Origin: an uncultured Acidobacteriota bacterium
GTDB taxonomy: Bacteria > Acidobacteriota > Vicinamibacteria > Fen-336
DNA: 64,000 bases
Assembly: GCA_963720545.1 (NCBI GenBank)
Contig: OY970399.1
Span: 2,080,001 to 2,144,000 of the forward strand
Direction: 5' to 3'
The notes beneath the pieces were generated by a model. It was given only the letters and a program-made list of their open reading frames with translations. It did no database searches and had not been told where the DNA came from. The translations under genes and the position numbers were made by a program. This document shows positions 18,767 to 30,390 of the stretch, in pieces. Numbering within the stretch: the stretch's first letter is position 1; every line of letters begins with the position of its first letter.

Positions 18767-20593
18767 GTGGAGATTTCCGCCAGGCGCCCGTGGCAGCGGT
18801 CAGCGCTTCTCGCCCTCGTGCTGGCGCCCAAGGCGCTGGTGCTCCGCGAGCTGGCCGGTAGCCCTTCCCTGCAGCCGACCGCCGGCCTCGACGGTGCTGT
18901 ATACGTGGCCCTGGCGCAGCGAATCGCGAACGGCGACCTGCTCGCCGGCCGCGAGGTCTTCTTCGTCTCGCCGCTCTACGCCTGGTTCCTCGCGCCCTTC
19001 CTGGCGCTTGGCGATGCGACGCTCTGGTGGGCGCGACTGGCGCAGGTGCTTCTCGGCACGGCCGCCGTGGCGCTCGTCTACGCCACGGCGCGACGGCTTG
19101 CGAACCCTGGCGCCGGCATCGCCGCTGCCGCGGCGCTCGCCCTTTGCGGCGTCGCCACCTTCAATGAGGTGCTGATCCTGCAGTCGGCCCTCGACCCGTT
19201 CCTCATGGCGCTCGCCCTCTTCCTGCTGCTGAGGGCGCTGGGTGGCGCTGACGGCGCCGGTACCGCGCGGCTCGTTGTCGCGGGGACGGCGCTCGGGCTG
19301 TTCGCGCTGAACCGCCCGAACGTCCTGCTGGTTGCGGCCGCGGTCGTCGCCGCGATCGCGATCGCAGGCGGCGCGTCGAGGTACCGGCGCGCCGCGGCCT
19401 ACGCGGCCGGCGTGGCGCTCGCGATCGTGCCGGCGACGGCCCGCAACGCCTGGGTGGCGCACGACTTCGTGCCGGTGTCCGCCCATGGCGGGCTCAATTT
19501 CTACATCGGTAACAACCCTGCCGCGGACGGCACCTACAAGGCGCTCCCCGGCATCGCTCCCGACATCGCGGGACAGGCACGCGACGCCCGCGCGCTGGCC
19601 GAACGCGCGGCCGGCCGGCCGCTCCGGCCCTCCCAGGTGGATGCGCACTTCTATGAGGAAGCGTTTCAGTGGCTGCTCGGCTCCCCTGCCGCGGCGGCGA
19701 AGCTGCTGGCGACGAAGCTCGCCTACGTGCTGAGCCGGGCCGACATCGCCCTCAACTACTCCTACGCTTTCTACGCGAGCGAAGAGTCGGCGGTGCTGCG
19801 CTACCTCTTCGTCGGCGCCGCGCTCCTGGTGCCGCTGGGCGCCGTCGGCCTGTTCCTCGCCTGGCGCACTGCCGCGCCCGCGCTCACCCCCTGGTTCGTG
19901 GTCGCGCCGGCCTATGCGCTGAGCGTGGCGCTCTTCTTCGTCACCTCGCGCTACCGGCTCGCGCTGTTCGTGCCGCTCGCGATCGGCACCGGCATCGCAG
20001 TGGCGCGTCTTTGCGGCTGGCTGCGGGCCGGGAACCATCGCGCCGCGGCGCTCACGGCACTCGCCGTCGCAGGCTGCGGCGCCATCGCCTGGAACGATCA
20101 CGGGCTGGACGACGGCTGGGGCTCGGAAGCCGGCGAAAAGGCGCTGCTGCTGGTTGCCGGCGGCGAGGACGCCGCAGCGGACGCGCTGTTATTGCGGCTG
20201 CAAACGGCGCGAGTAAACCGCACGGCGCTCGCCGCACGCCTCGCCGAGGCTTACGCGCAGCGCGGCGAGACGGCGCTTGGCGCCGGCGATTTCGCGGGCG
20301 CCGAAAAGCTCCTGGGCAAGGCGGTCGGCGCCGATCCCGCGGCGGCGCCCGTTTGGGAGAAGCTCGGCGTGGCACTCGCCCGCCTCGGGCGCCTCGACGA
20401 CGCGCGCAAAGCGCTGGAGGCCGCGCGCGACCTCGACCCGGCAAGCGCCAGCGCGCACCTCAACCTGGCGGTGGTGCTGGGTCAGCTGGGCCGTATCGAC
20501 GCGGCACTGGGCGAAGCCGACGAGGCGCTGCGCCTGCGGCCGGATTACCGCGAAGCGCTGGGCCTGCGCGAGGCGTTGCGGCGGCTGCAGTAA
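18767..20593 (+). CDS. GT-C fold glycosyltransferase (GT39/ArnT-like) with C-terminal TPRs
   Basis: LDGAVY, SPLYAWFLA, multiple TM helices, GGLNFYIGNNP, FFVTSRYR, TPR tail; start uncertain. Confidence 0.82.
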   Translation: MEISARRPWQRSALLALVLAPKALVLRELAGSPSLQPTAGLDGAVYVALAQRIANGDLLAGREVFFVSPLYAWFLAPFLALGDATLWWARLAQVLLGTAAVALVYATARRLANPGAGIAAAAALALCGVATFNEVLILQSALDPFLMALALFLLLRALGGADGAGTARLVVAGTALGLFALNRPNVLLVAAAVVAAIAIAGGASRYRRAAAYAAGVALAIVPATARNAWVAHDFVPVSAHGGLNFYIGNNPAADGTYKALPGIAPDIAGQARDARALAERAAGRPLRPSQVDAHFYEEAFQWLLGSPAAAAKLLATKLAYVLSRADIALNYSYAFYASEESAVLRYLFVGAALLVPLGAVGLFLAWRTAAPALTPWFVVAPAYALSVALFFVTSRYRLALFVPLAIGTGIAVARLCGWLRAGNHRAAALTALAVAGCGAIAWNDHGLDDGWGSEAGEKALLLVAGGEDAAADALLLRLQTARVNRTALAARLAEAYAQRGETALGAGDFAGAEKLLGKAVGADPAAAPVWEKLGVALARLGRLDDARKALEAARDLDPASASAHLNLAVVLGQLGRIDAALGEADEALRLRPDYREALGLREALRRLQ

Positions 20594-21328
20594 TCAGGGG
20601 TTCAGTGTCGAGTACTGGACGCGCACCCGCTGCAGGTAGATGGAATCGAGCGGCGAGACGGTCAGCGACTGGTCGAGCTCGAAGACATACGCGCACGAGG
20701 CGTTGTCGACCACCATGTCGGGCAGGTCCATGAAACCCGACTGCGGCGCGTGCACCTCCGGATCGGTGGTGGCGGTCGCGAGCAAAGTGACGACGGGATG
20801 CCCGCCCTCGAACGCCGGCAGGCAGGTGGAGAAGAAGCGGAACACGATGAGGTCGGGATCGCCCTCGAACTTCTGGTCGACGGCCCACCACCGCAGACCC
20901 TGCAGCCGCGCACCCTTCTCGAGCTGCACCTGCAGCGAGTGGCGCGGGTCGGAGCGGTTCTGCGGCCAGTAGCGCAGCTGCAGCCCGCTCGACAGCGGCG
21001 CGCTCGTGACGATGTCGTTCGCCACCAGGTTCTGCGAGTCGTAGGTCTTGTAGCGGATGATGCGGTCGATCTTCTGGGCCGTGCTGCGGCGCGCGACAGT
21101 CTGCCGCGCGGCGGCCGACAGCTCGTCGCCCGCCATGCCGCCCGGCGGCTGCGCCACGTCGGCGCCCGGGGCAATGAAGAAGATAGCATCGTCCGACAGG
21201 CCGTAGGACTGCAGCTCGGCCGGATCGGTGACGAGGCGGTGCGCCTGTGCGGAGCGCTCCTCGGCCGCGCGGGCCGGCAAGGGTGCCAGGCCCAGGAGGG
21301 AACACGCAACGACAACCGTCAGTTTCAT
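20594..21328 (-). CDS. Hypothetical secreted protein
   Basis: Signal peptide MKLTVVVACSLLGLAPLPARA; codon usage consistent with the genome. Confidence 0.7.
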   Translation of the reverse strand: MKLTVVVACSLLGLAPLPARAAEERSAQAHRLVTDPAELQSYGLSDDAIFFIAPGADVAQPPGGMAGDELSAAARQTVARRSTAQKIDRIIRYKTYDSQNLVANDIVTSAPLSSGLQLRYWPQNRSDPRHSLQVQLEKGARLQGLRWWAVDQKFEGDPDLIVFRFFSTCLPAFEGGHPVVTLLATATTDPEVHAPQSGFMDLPDMVVDNASCAYVFELDQSLTVSPLDSIYLQRVRVQYSTLNP

Positions 21329-21420
21329 TGGTCTTTCGCCGCCTCAGTTAGGTGTTGGCGCGAAAGATACCAGAAGATGCCACCCGGCTCGATGAAAAAC
21401 TGCCGGCGGCGGTGATCGCC

Positions 21421-21630
21421 TCAGGTTCGCTTGGATGTGAGCAGCAGGCCACCGCCGACGATCACGGCGACGACACCCGCCCAGGCCGGAATGTCTACCG
21501 ACTTCTTTTCCTCGACGGCGATGTCGATGGGTCCGAGCTTGGCCTTGTGGGTTTCCTGCGTGTAGGAGAAGCCCTTGTAGACGAGGGCCAGGACACCGAG
21601 CACGAGCAGCAGCACTCCGAGCGTCTTCAT
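21421..21630 (-). CDS. Small two-TM membrane protein (DUF3185-like)
   Basis: MKTLGVLLLVLGVLALVYKGFSYTQETH...LGP...IPAWAG; GGAGGA SD. Confidence 0.8.
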   Translation of the reverse strand: MKTLGVLLLVLGVLALVYKGFSYTQETHKAKLGPIDIAVEEKKSVDIPAWAGVVAVIVGGGLLLTSKRT

Positions 21631-21716
21631 GATGTTGTCCTCCAGGACCACGAAGCGGCCCTGGAGGACACTGGACATCAAACTCTCGGCCGCCGCAAGC
21701 GGCGGCTTCGCCCCGG

Positions 21717-24521
21717 CTAGAAGTCGATGGTCGCGCTGAGCAGCAGGCGGCGCGGCGGCGCAAAGGCGTTGCCGGTGCCGAAGAACGGGTTGTCGATGAG
21801 CGGCGTGATCACCGGCTGCGGATCCGAGGTGATCGAGTTCGAGGTGTACTGCACCGAGTTCGTCTGGATGCGGGTCTTGCTGTTGAAGGCGTTCAAGAGC
21901 CGCGCCTCGAGAGTGAGGCCGGTGGTTTCGCTGAGCTTCGCGCGATACGCGGTGAGCAGGTCGAAGTTGGTCCAGGTGGGGTTGCGGTGCGCCCCCGCCG
22001 GCTCGACGTAGAAGAGCGCCGCGCCGCCCTGGCTGTCCTGGGCGCGCGCGTTCCACGGCGTGCCGCTCTGCACGCGCAGGTAGCCGCCGAGCGTCAGCCG
22101 GCTGACCGGCTCAACCGTGAGGAACGCCTTGAACACATGCGGGCGGTCGTAGCGCAGCGGGCCGTAGCGGCCGTTTTCCTGCACGTTCGTGCCCGGGCCG
22201 TCCTGGATGAACGAGGAGGTGTTGAAGATGGTGACGTTGAAGTCGTAGTCGAGGTCGAAGTTGCCCTCGAACTTGCTGTACGTGTAGCTGGTGTTGAGCG
22301 CCCAGCGATCCTTCATCCGCCGGTTCACCTCCACCGTCACGCCCTGGTACTTGCGCTTCGCGACGTCGCCCTGGCAGGAGGCGAACGCATCGCACGGCAG
22401 GTTGGCCGCGGCGTACGGGCCGGTGGCGGGCAGCACCGAGGGCACGTCCTCGATGAAGTTCTTCGTGTTGCGGTACGAATAGAAGAGGTCGGCGGCCCAG
22501 TCCTCGCCGATCGGCGTCGCGTAGCCGACCAGGTACTCGTCGTTGTAGGTCGGCTTCAGCGCCGGGTCGATGAGCTTGCCGGTGGTGCTGGCGCGGTCGA
22601 CGTTCGAGATGAGGGCGCCGGTGACGGGGTCGAAGATCGCCTCGCGCTGGAAGATGCGGCGCGGCGCGAGGGATCGGCCCGAGGACTTCTGGTCCATGTT
22701 GTAGTAGCGGCCGTAGTTCGCGTAGACCTTGTCGCCCTGGCCCTCGCGCAGGTTGAAGTTGACGCCGATGCGCGGCTGGATCTCGTCGCCGAAACCGAAG
22801 CGCAGGAAGGTGCAGCGATCGCCGTCGGTCTCGAACACCGCGGCACCGCCGGGCTGATGGCTCGGAGTATTGACGGTGCCGCAGCCGCCGCTATTGGCGA
22901 TCTCCTGGGCGTACTCGTCCTTGTTGGCGAGCACGCCGAGGTTCACGGTGAGGCGCGGACCGAGCGTCACGGTGTCCTGCGCGAAGACCGACCAGGTGCG
23001 GCCCTGGCCGAGCTGTGGTGCCTGCTCGAAGTAATAGCGGGCGCGCAGCCGCGGCAGGCCGCCGACCGTCACCCGCTGGATGTCGCCCCAGCCGTTCGTC
23101 AGCCGGAAGAAGTCTTCCTCGCCAAACTCGTAGCCGGCGCCAACCTTCACCTGGTGGCTGGTCTTGCCGAGGTCGAAGAACTGCCCGAGGCTCGCTTTCA
23201 GCTCCTGGCGCTTGTAGTTGACGCGCGCCGAGTACTCGTAGCCGCCAAAGCGCGTGTTGCCGCGCGTCGGGTCGAGGTAGTAGCCGCTCGCCGCAGGGTT
23301 GGCGACGTTGAAGGGCGTCGGCAGGTAGCCGAGGTCGGTGTTCGGGTCGCTCTGGTTGTTCTCCTTGTAGTAGACGTACTTCACGTCCACCAGGGTGCGC
23401 TGGGTCGGGAAGTACGACCAGGAGGCCGAGGCGATCTTGCTGCCGGTGTCGTCGGTGGTCGCGACGCTCGGATCCGAGGTCGCGAGCAGGCTGCTGAAGT
23501 TCACGTCGCGCGGGCGGTCGCGGAAGCTCAGGTTGATGAGGTGCTTCTGCGATGGCGTGGCGGTGAGCTTGCCGAAGTACTCCTTGCCGGTCGCCTCGCG
23601 GTCGGGCAGCACGGTGCCGAGCTGGTTCTGGCGGTCGTTCAGCACTTCCTTGAAGTAGCGCGCCGAGCCGTACCAGAAGAGCTTGTCCTTGACGAGCGGG
23701 CCGCCGAGGCCGAGCGCCGGGTTGAGCACGGTGGTGACCGTGGTGTCGCGGAACCGGTTGTCGGCGGCGTCGCTGATGAGGCCGTCGGGCATGTACTCGA
23801 AACGCGCCGCGCCGCGCAGCTCGTTGGTGCCCGACTTGGTGACGGCGTTCGCGACGAAGCCGGCCGCACGCCCGCCCTCGGCGCTGATGGCGCCGCGCTT
23901 GATGTTGAACTCGACGATGTCGAGCTCGTTCACTTCGGTAGTCAGGTTGCCGAAGCCCGGGTTCGTGATGTTGACCCCGTCGATGAGATAGACGTTGTCC
24001 TGGCGCGAGCCGCCGCCGTTCGGGCCCACGGGCGTGCGGTTGTCCGCGACCCCGGGGATGAGCTGGAACAGGCCCTTGTACGAGCGCTCCAGCGGCAGGT
24101 CCTTGATGACCTCGGCGGTGTAGTTGAAGTTGACCTCCGAGCTGCGCAGGTCGACCTCGGGTGTCGCGCCCGTGACCGTCACCTCTTCGCTCAACTGCGG
24201 GCTCAGCGTCAGGTTGATCTGCGAGTCGACGTCGACCGAGACGCGAATCTCGCGGCTGGTCTTGCCCATGCCGCTCAGCTGCGCCTCGACCTTGTAGTCG
24301 CCGGGCAGCAGGCGCTGGAAGAAGTAGTCGCCGTTGCTGCCGGTCACGGCGTCGCGCCCCGCGGGCAGCTGCGGGCCGGACACCTTCACGTTGACGCCGG
24401 GCAGGACGCCTCCCTGGGAGTCGCGGATGACGCCGGAGATGGAGCCGGTCTCGCCGCCAAACAGCGGCGCAGAGGACAGAAGGGCCACCACAAGACACGC
24501 AAGGCCCGAGAGCCTCCGCAT
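21717..24521 (-). CDS. TonB-dependent receptor, Oar-like, with N-terminal carboxypeptidase-regulatory-like domain
   Basis: ISGVIRDSQGGVLPGV, NVYLIDGVNIT, VTKSGTN, LGGPLVKDKLFW, C-terminal Phe. Confidence 0.92.
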   Translation of the reverse strand: MRRLSGLACLVVALLSSAPLFGGETGSISGVIRDSQGGVLPGVNVKVSGPQLPAGRDAVTGSNGDYFFQRLLPGDYKVEAQLSGMGKTSREIRVSVDVDSQINLTLSPQLSEEVTVTGATPEVDLRSSEVNFNYTAEVIKDLPLERSYKGLFQLIPGVADNRTPVGPNGGGSRQDNVYLIDGVNITNPGFGNLTTEVNELDIVEFNIKRGAISAEGGRAAGFVANAVTKSGTNELRGAARFEYMPDGLISDAADNRFRDTTVTTVLNPALGLGGPLVKDKLFWYGSARYFKEVLNDRQNQLGTVLPDREATGKEYFGKLTATPSQKHLINLSFRDRPRDVNFSSLLATSDPSVATTDDTGSKIASASWSYFPTQRTLVDVKYVYYKENNQSDPNTDLGYLPTPFNVANPAASGYYLDPTRGNTRFGGYEYSARVNYKRQELKASLGQFFDLGKTSHQVKVGAGYEFGEEDFFRLTNGWGDIQRVTVGGLPRLRARYYFEQAPQLGQGRTWSVFAQDTVTLGPRLTVNLGVLANKDEYAQEIANSGGCGTVNTPSHQPGGAAVFETDGDRCTFLRFGFGDEIQPRIGVNFNLREGQGDKVYANYGRYYNMDQKSSGRSLAPRRIFQREAIFDPVTGALISNVDRASTTGKLIDPALKPTYNDEYLVGYATPIGEDWAADLFYSYRNTKNFIEDVPSVLPATGPYAAANLPCDAFASCQGDVAKRKYQGVTVEVNRRMKDRWALNTSYTYSKFEGNFDLDYDFNVTIFNTSSFIQDGPGTNVQENGRYGPLRYDRPHVFKAFLTVEPVSRLTLGGYLRVQSGTPWNARAQDSQGGAALFYVEPAGAHRNPTWTNFDLLTAYRAKLSETTGLTLEARLLNAFNSKTRIQTNSVQYTSNSITSDPQPVITPLIDNPFFGTGNAFAPPRRLLLSATIDF

Positions 24522-24629
24522 GGAATCACCTCATTGAATGGGCGCGGCAGAACGGCACAGTGTGGAGAGAAAGTATTTCCCTACTCGCGCCGCGCGTCAA
24601 GATGTTCGCGGTTTTGGAGCAGTGCGGTG

Positions 24630-24717
24630 TGGCGGAGGGCGCAGGACTCGAACCCGCAAGGGCCTTGCGGCCCGGGAGCTTTCAAGGCTCCTGCCTTACC
24701 AGTTAGGCTAGCCCTCC
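24630..24717 (-). tRNA. tRNA-Ser(TGA)
   Basis: GGAGGGC/GCCCTCC acceptor, GGAGC-CTTGAAA-GCTCC anticodon arm, variable arm GGGCC-GCAA-GGCCC, GTTCGAGTC, G73-CCA. Confidence 0.95.
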
Positions 24718-25121
24718 GGCGGCTTGTCGGGGCTGAATTCTAGCTCCCACTCCCCCGAGTCGCCGGCCTTCGCCGGCACTCCCAGGTGCGGCCGCAGCCT
24801 GGCGATGATCTTCTTCGCAAGCTCGGGATCGCCGCGAAACCAGCGGTCGGGAATGTCGAGGTCGAAGACCGGGCGCTTGATTGCGGGAAAGCGCAGGCGC
24901 AGCTGGGTGACGTGCAGGTCTTCCTTCTCGTTCATCACGAAGACGCGGTCGGCCCACTCGAAGAGCTCCTTCGAGATGGGCGTCGTGGCGAACGGCGCGG
25001 TGCCGGCGGAGCGCACCTTGTAGCGCGAATCGTGGCGGTAGAGATCTTCAGCCGTCCGGCTGCGGTCGACGTTCGCGGTGCAGACGAAAAGAATGTGCTC
25101 GCGGCGGGCCGGTACGTGCAT
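24708..25121 (-). CDS. Low-molecular-weight phosphotyrosine phosphatase-like protein
   Basis: LFVCTANVDRSRTAE (CX5R), SAGT, WAD, LDIPD; start may instead be 25136. Confidence 0.85.
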   Translation of the reverse strand: MHVPARREHILFVCTANVDRSRTAEDLYRHDSRYKVRSAGTAPFATTPISKELFEWADRVFVMNEKEDLHVTQLRLRFPAIKRPVFDLDIPDRWFRGDPELAKKIIARLRPHLGVPAKAGDSGEWELEFSPDKPPEG

Positions 25122-25166
25122 GTACGTAGCCGCCATTCTATCGCGCGGGCTTTATACTCCGGGGCC

Positions 25167-27762
25167 ATGAAATCCCTGCTCCTGGCTTCTTTGGCCCTGT
25201 TCGCGGCCAGCTCGCCGTCGCTCGCCGCCAAGGACCCCGTCTACGCCCTCACCGGGGCTCGCATCGTCACCGTCTCCGGAGCGGTGCTCGAGAACGCCAC
25301 CCTGGTGATGGACCAAGGCCTCATCACGGCCGTCGGCGCCGACGCGAAGGTGCCCCTGGGTGCACGGATCCTGGACGGCAAGGGACTCACGATCACCCCC
25401 GGCTTCATCGACGGATTCGGCAAGGTGGGCCTGGCGCCGTCGCCGCCGCGCACGGCCGGCCAGGGCCAGGCGGCCGCCCCGGGGCCCGGCCCGCTGGCTC
25501 CCGCGGCGATGGTGTTCGACCGCATCCGCATCGCGGACGCCGCGAAGGCGCGCGACGCCGGCATCACCAGCGCCCTGGTCGTGCCGGAGGACGGCGTGCT
25601 CCCCGGCCAGAGCGTCTTCATCAACACCGCGGGCGAACGTCCCGAGTCGATGGTCGTCCTGCAGCCGTTCGCGCAGCACCTGCACATGGCTACGGTCGGC
25701 AGCGGGCGCTATCCCGGCTCGCTCATGGGGACGATGGCGTACGCGCGCCAGGCGCTGCTCGACGCGGCGCATTACCGCGATGAGTGGGCGGCTTACGAGC
25801 GCGCGCCGAAAGGCCGCAAGCGCCCCGCGTACGATCCGGGGCTCGCCGCCTGGCGGGCGGTCATCGACGGCAAGGAGCCGCTGGTCGTCACCGCACGGCG
25901 CGAGAACGACGTGCGGCGCGCCCTGTCGCTGCGCGACGAGTTCAAGATCCGCGTGATCGTCGCCGGCGCCATGCAGGCCGCGCACCTCAGCGACCTCGTG
26001 AAGGCGAAGAAGTTGCCGCTGCTGGTGAGCGTCAACTACGACCCGCCGATGCCCGCCGGCGCCTTCGACCAGAGCGATGTCGAGCGCGACCGCCAGACGA
26101 TCGCCGATGCCGAACAGAACCCGGCGGCGCTCCACAGGGCCGGCGTCTCGTTCGCGCTCGTGTCCGGCCACGGCCGCGACTTCGTCGCCGGCGTCCGCAA
26201 GGCGATCGACAAGGGGCTGCCGAAGGAAGCCGCGCTGCGCGCCATCACCCTGGCACCGGCGGAGGTGCTCGGTGTCTCCGACCGGCTCGGCAGCGTCGAG
26301 ACCGGCAAGATCGCAAACGTCGTGGCCTGGAGCGGCGAGCCGCTCGCGAAGGACACGAAGGCGAAGTACGTGTTCGTCGACGGACGCCTCTACGAGCCCG
26401 AGGACAGCGATGCCGCAAAGAGCGCCGACGGCAAGGCCCCCGACAAGGCTGACGACGCCAAGGGTAAGGATGAGGACAAGGACAAGGACACCGTTGCCTG
26501 GACCCCGGCAGTTCCGCCGCAGGCGCCGGCCGTCACCGCCATCACCGGCGCGACGCTCCTGACCGTGTCGGCCGCCGGCCGCATCGAGAACGGCACCATC
26601 CTGATCCGCGACGGCAGGATCGCCGCGGTCGGCAAGGACGTGGCCGTGCCGAAGGGCGCGACGGTGATCGATGCCGCGGGCCGCTTCGTCACGCCTGGGT
26701 CTGATCGACGCGCATTCGCACACCGGTGTCGAAGGCTCGGTGAACGAGTGCACCGATTCGGTCACCGCGCAGGTGCGGGTCAGCGACGTCATCGACGACC
26801 GCGACATCGACATCTACCGCCAGCTGGGCGGCGGCGTCACCACCATCAACGTGCTGCACGGCTCGTGCAACGCGATCGGCGGCCAGAACGCGACGCTCAA
26901 GCTGCGCTGGGGACGCACGCCGGAGGAGCTGGTCTTCAAGGAGGCGCCCCCGGGCATCAAGTTCGCGCTCGGCGAGAACCCGAAGCGCTCCAACTTCCGT
27001 GTCCCCGGCCGGCCGCCGCGCTACCCCGGCACGCGCATGGGCGTCGAGGCCGTGATCCGCGAGGCGTTCGAGTCGGCGCGCGCCTACAAGCAGGAATGGG
27101 ATGAGTACGAGAAACAGGCGAAGGCCGTGGCCGCCGGCAAGGACAAACCGGTGGCGCCGCGCAAGGACCTGCAGATGGAAGAGCTGAAGGCGATCCTCGA
27201 AGGCAAGGTGTTCGTCCACGCCCACTGCTACCGCGCCGACGAGATCCTGATGCTGATCCGTGTCGCCGACGAGTTCGGGTTCAAGATCCGCACCTTCCAG
27301 CACGTGCTCGAGGGCTACAAGGTGGCGAGCGAGATCGCGAAGCACGGCGCGGGCGGCTCGACCTTCTCCGACTGGTGGGCGTACAAGATGGAGGCGTTCG
27401 ACGCCATCCCCTACAACGCCGCGATCATGGCGGCGCACGGTGTCAACGTCTCGCTCAACTCCGACTCCAACGAGCTCGCGCGACGGCTCTACTGGGAGGC
27501 GGCGAAGGCGGTGAAGTACGGCGGGGTCAGCGAGGACGAGGCGCTCAAGATGATCACCATCAACCCGGCGTGGCAGCTGGGTGTGGACAAGCGCACCGGC
27601 TCGATCGAAGTCGGCAAGGACGCCGACCTCGCGATCTTCAGCGCCCATCCGTTCGCGCCGGACGCCGTGGTCGAAAAGACGCTGGTGGACGGCGCCGTCT
27701 ATTTCGACCGGGCAAAGGACCTCGCCACGAGAGCCAAGGCCGCGTCAGGAGGTGCGAAGTGA
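25167..27762 (+). CDS. Secreted two-domain amidohydrolase, +1 frameshift near 26697
   Basis: Signal peptide; two amidohydrolase modules; removing one G from CCTGGGTCTG restores TPGLIDAHSH; HAHCYR, SLNSDS. Confidence 0.85.
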
Positions 27763-29033
27763 AGGGCGCCTGGTTCCTGTTCGCATTGCTCACCGCTGCC
27801 GCCAGCCTCGCCGGCGCGGCGGACGGCACCATCGCGATCGTCGGCGGCCGCGTCCTGACCGTGTCGGGCGCGCCGCTGGAGAACGCGACCGTGGTCATCG
27901 AGAAGGGCAAGATCGCGGCGGTCGGCGCCAACCTCGCGCCGCCCGCCGGCGCGACCATCGTCGATGCGAAGGGCAAGACGGTCTACCCTGGCCTCATCGA
28001 CGCGCTCTCCGACATGGGCCTCACCGAGATCGGCAGCGTGCCGGGCTCGGTGGACACCAACGAGGTCGGCGACGTCAACCCGCATGCCAAGGCCTGGGTC
28101 GCGCTGCAGCCGCACAGCGACCTGATCCCGGTGGCGCGCGCCAACGGCGTGACCGCGGTGCTGGTGGCGCCCGATGGCGGCCTCATCTCCGGCCAGAGCG
28201 CGCTCATCCGGCTGGCGGGCTCCACTCCGGACGCGCTGACCGTGAAGCAGCCGGTGGCGATGCACATCCGCTACCCCTCGGGCGAGCGCGAGTTCAACAT
28301 CGACAACCTGTTCGACGAGCCGCAGCTGCGTACGCTCGAGGAGCGCGTCAAGGAGAAGAAGAAGAACCAGAAGGCGGCGCTCGACCGCCTGCGCAACCTG
28401 CTCGACGAGGCGAAGGCCTACGGCTCGGCCTCGGCCTCGCGCAAGCCCGACCTGCCGATGGAGGCGCTCGCTCCGGTGGCGCTCGGCAAGCTGCCGGTGA
28501 TCATCGCGGCCGACGAGGAAGACGACATCCGCGGCGCCGTCGCCTTCGCCGTCGAGCGTGGGTTCAAGCCGGTGATCGCCGGCGGGCTCGAGGCCTGGCG
28601 CTGCGTCGACCTGCTGAAGCAGAAAGACGCCGCGGTGCTGCTGGCCGTAGACCGCGTTCCCGGCCACTACGGCGACCCGTACGACTCCGTTTATGCGACG
28701 CCTGCGGCACTGCAGAAGGCGGGCGTGCCCTTCGCGATCGTCAACGCGACCGCAGCGTTCACCCGCAACCTGCCCTATGAAGCGGCGATGGCACGCGCCT
28801 ACGGGCTCGCGGCCGACGCGGCGCTGCGCGCCATCACGCTGTCGCCCGCCGAGATCCTGGGCGTCGCCGCGCGCATGGGCTCGATCGAACCGGGCAAGGA
28901 CGCGAACCTGTTCCTCGCCACGGGCGACATCATGGACCACCGCACCGAGGTCACCGCGGTCTACATCGACGGCGTCGCGCAGAGCCTCGAGACCCGCCAC
29001 ACGCGGCTCTACAAGGAGTTCAAGGACCGCTAG
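27759..29033 (+). CDS. Secreted amidohydrolase family protein
   Basis: GTG overlapping the upstream TGA with AGGAGG; VYPGLIDA, ITLSPAEILG, GSIEPGKDAN. Confidence 0.88.
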   Translation: MKGAWFLFALLTAAASLAGAADGTIAIVGGRVLTVSGAPLENATVVIEKGKIAAVGANLAPPAGATIVDAKGKTVYPGLIDALSDMGLTEIGSVPGSVDTNEVGDVNPHAKAWVALQPHSDLIPVARANGVTAVLVAPDGGLISGQSALIRLAGSTPDALTVKQPVAMHIRYPSGEREFNIDNLFDEPQLRTLEERVKEKKKNQKAALDRLRNLLDEAKAYGSASASRKPDLPMEALAPVALGKLPVIIAADEEDDIRGAVAFAVERGFKPVIAGGLEAWRCVDLLKQKDAAVLLAVDRVPGHYGDPYDSVYATPAALQKAGVPFAIVNATAAFTRNLPYEAAMARAYGLAADAALRAITLSPAEILGVAARMGSIEPGKDANLFLATGDIMDHRTEVTAVYIDGVAQSLETRHTRLYKEFKDR

Positions 29034-29042
29034 GAGCGGGCT

Positions 29043-30353
<1,311 letters not shown>

Positions 30354-30390
30354 TTACGATCCTCGGAGCGATCAAGCGAACAGGAGCACG

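Noticed and set aside
24630..24717. Possible tRNA-Sec or suppressor tRNA (plus strand reads TTCAA)
   Set aside because: The gene is on the minus strand with anticodon TGA, a canonical 7/5 fold and G73, so it is an ordinary tRNA-Ser
21987..24743. Long antisense or alternate-frame ORFs (e.g. 918 aa here, 31647-34334, 43056-45512, 60442-62856)
   Set aside because: Shadow ORFs expected at high GC3; they overlap well-supported genes and have no recognisable motifs
26690..26705. Programmed ribosomal frameshift in the amidohydrolase
   Set aside because: No slippery site or stimulator; the break falls inside the conserved PGLID motif at a short G run
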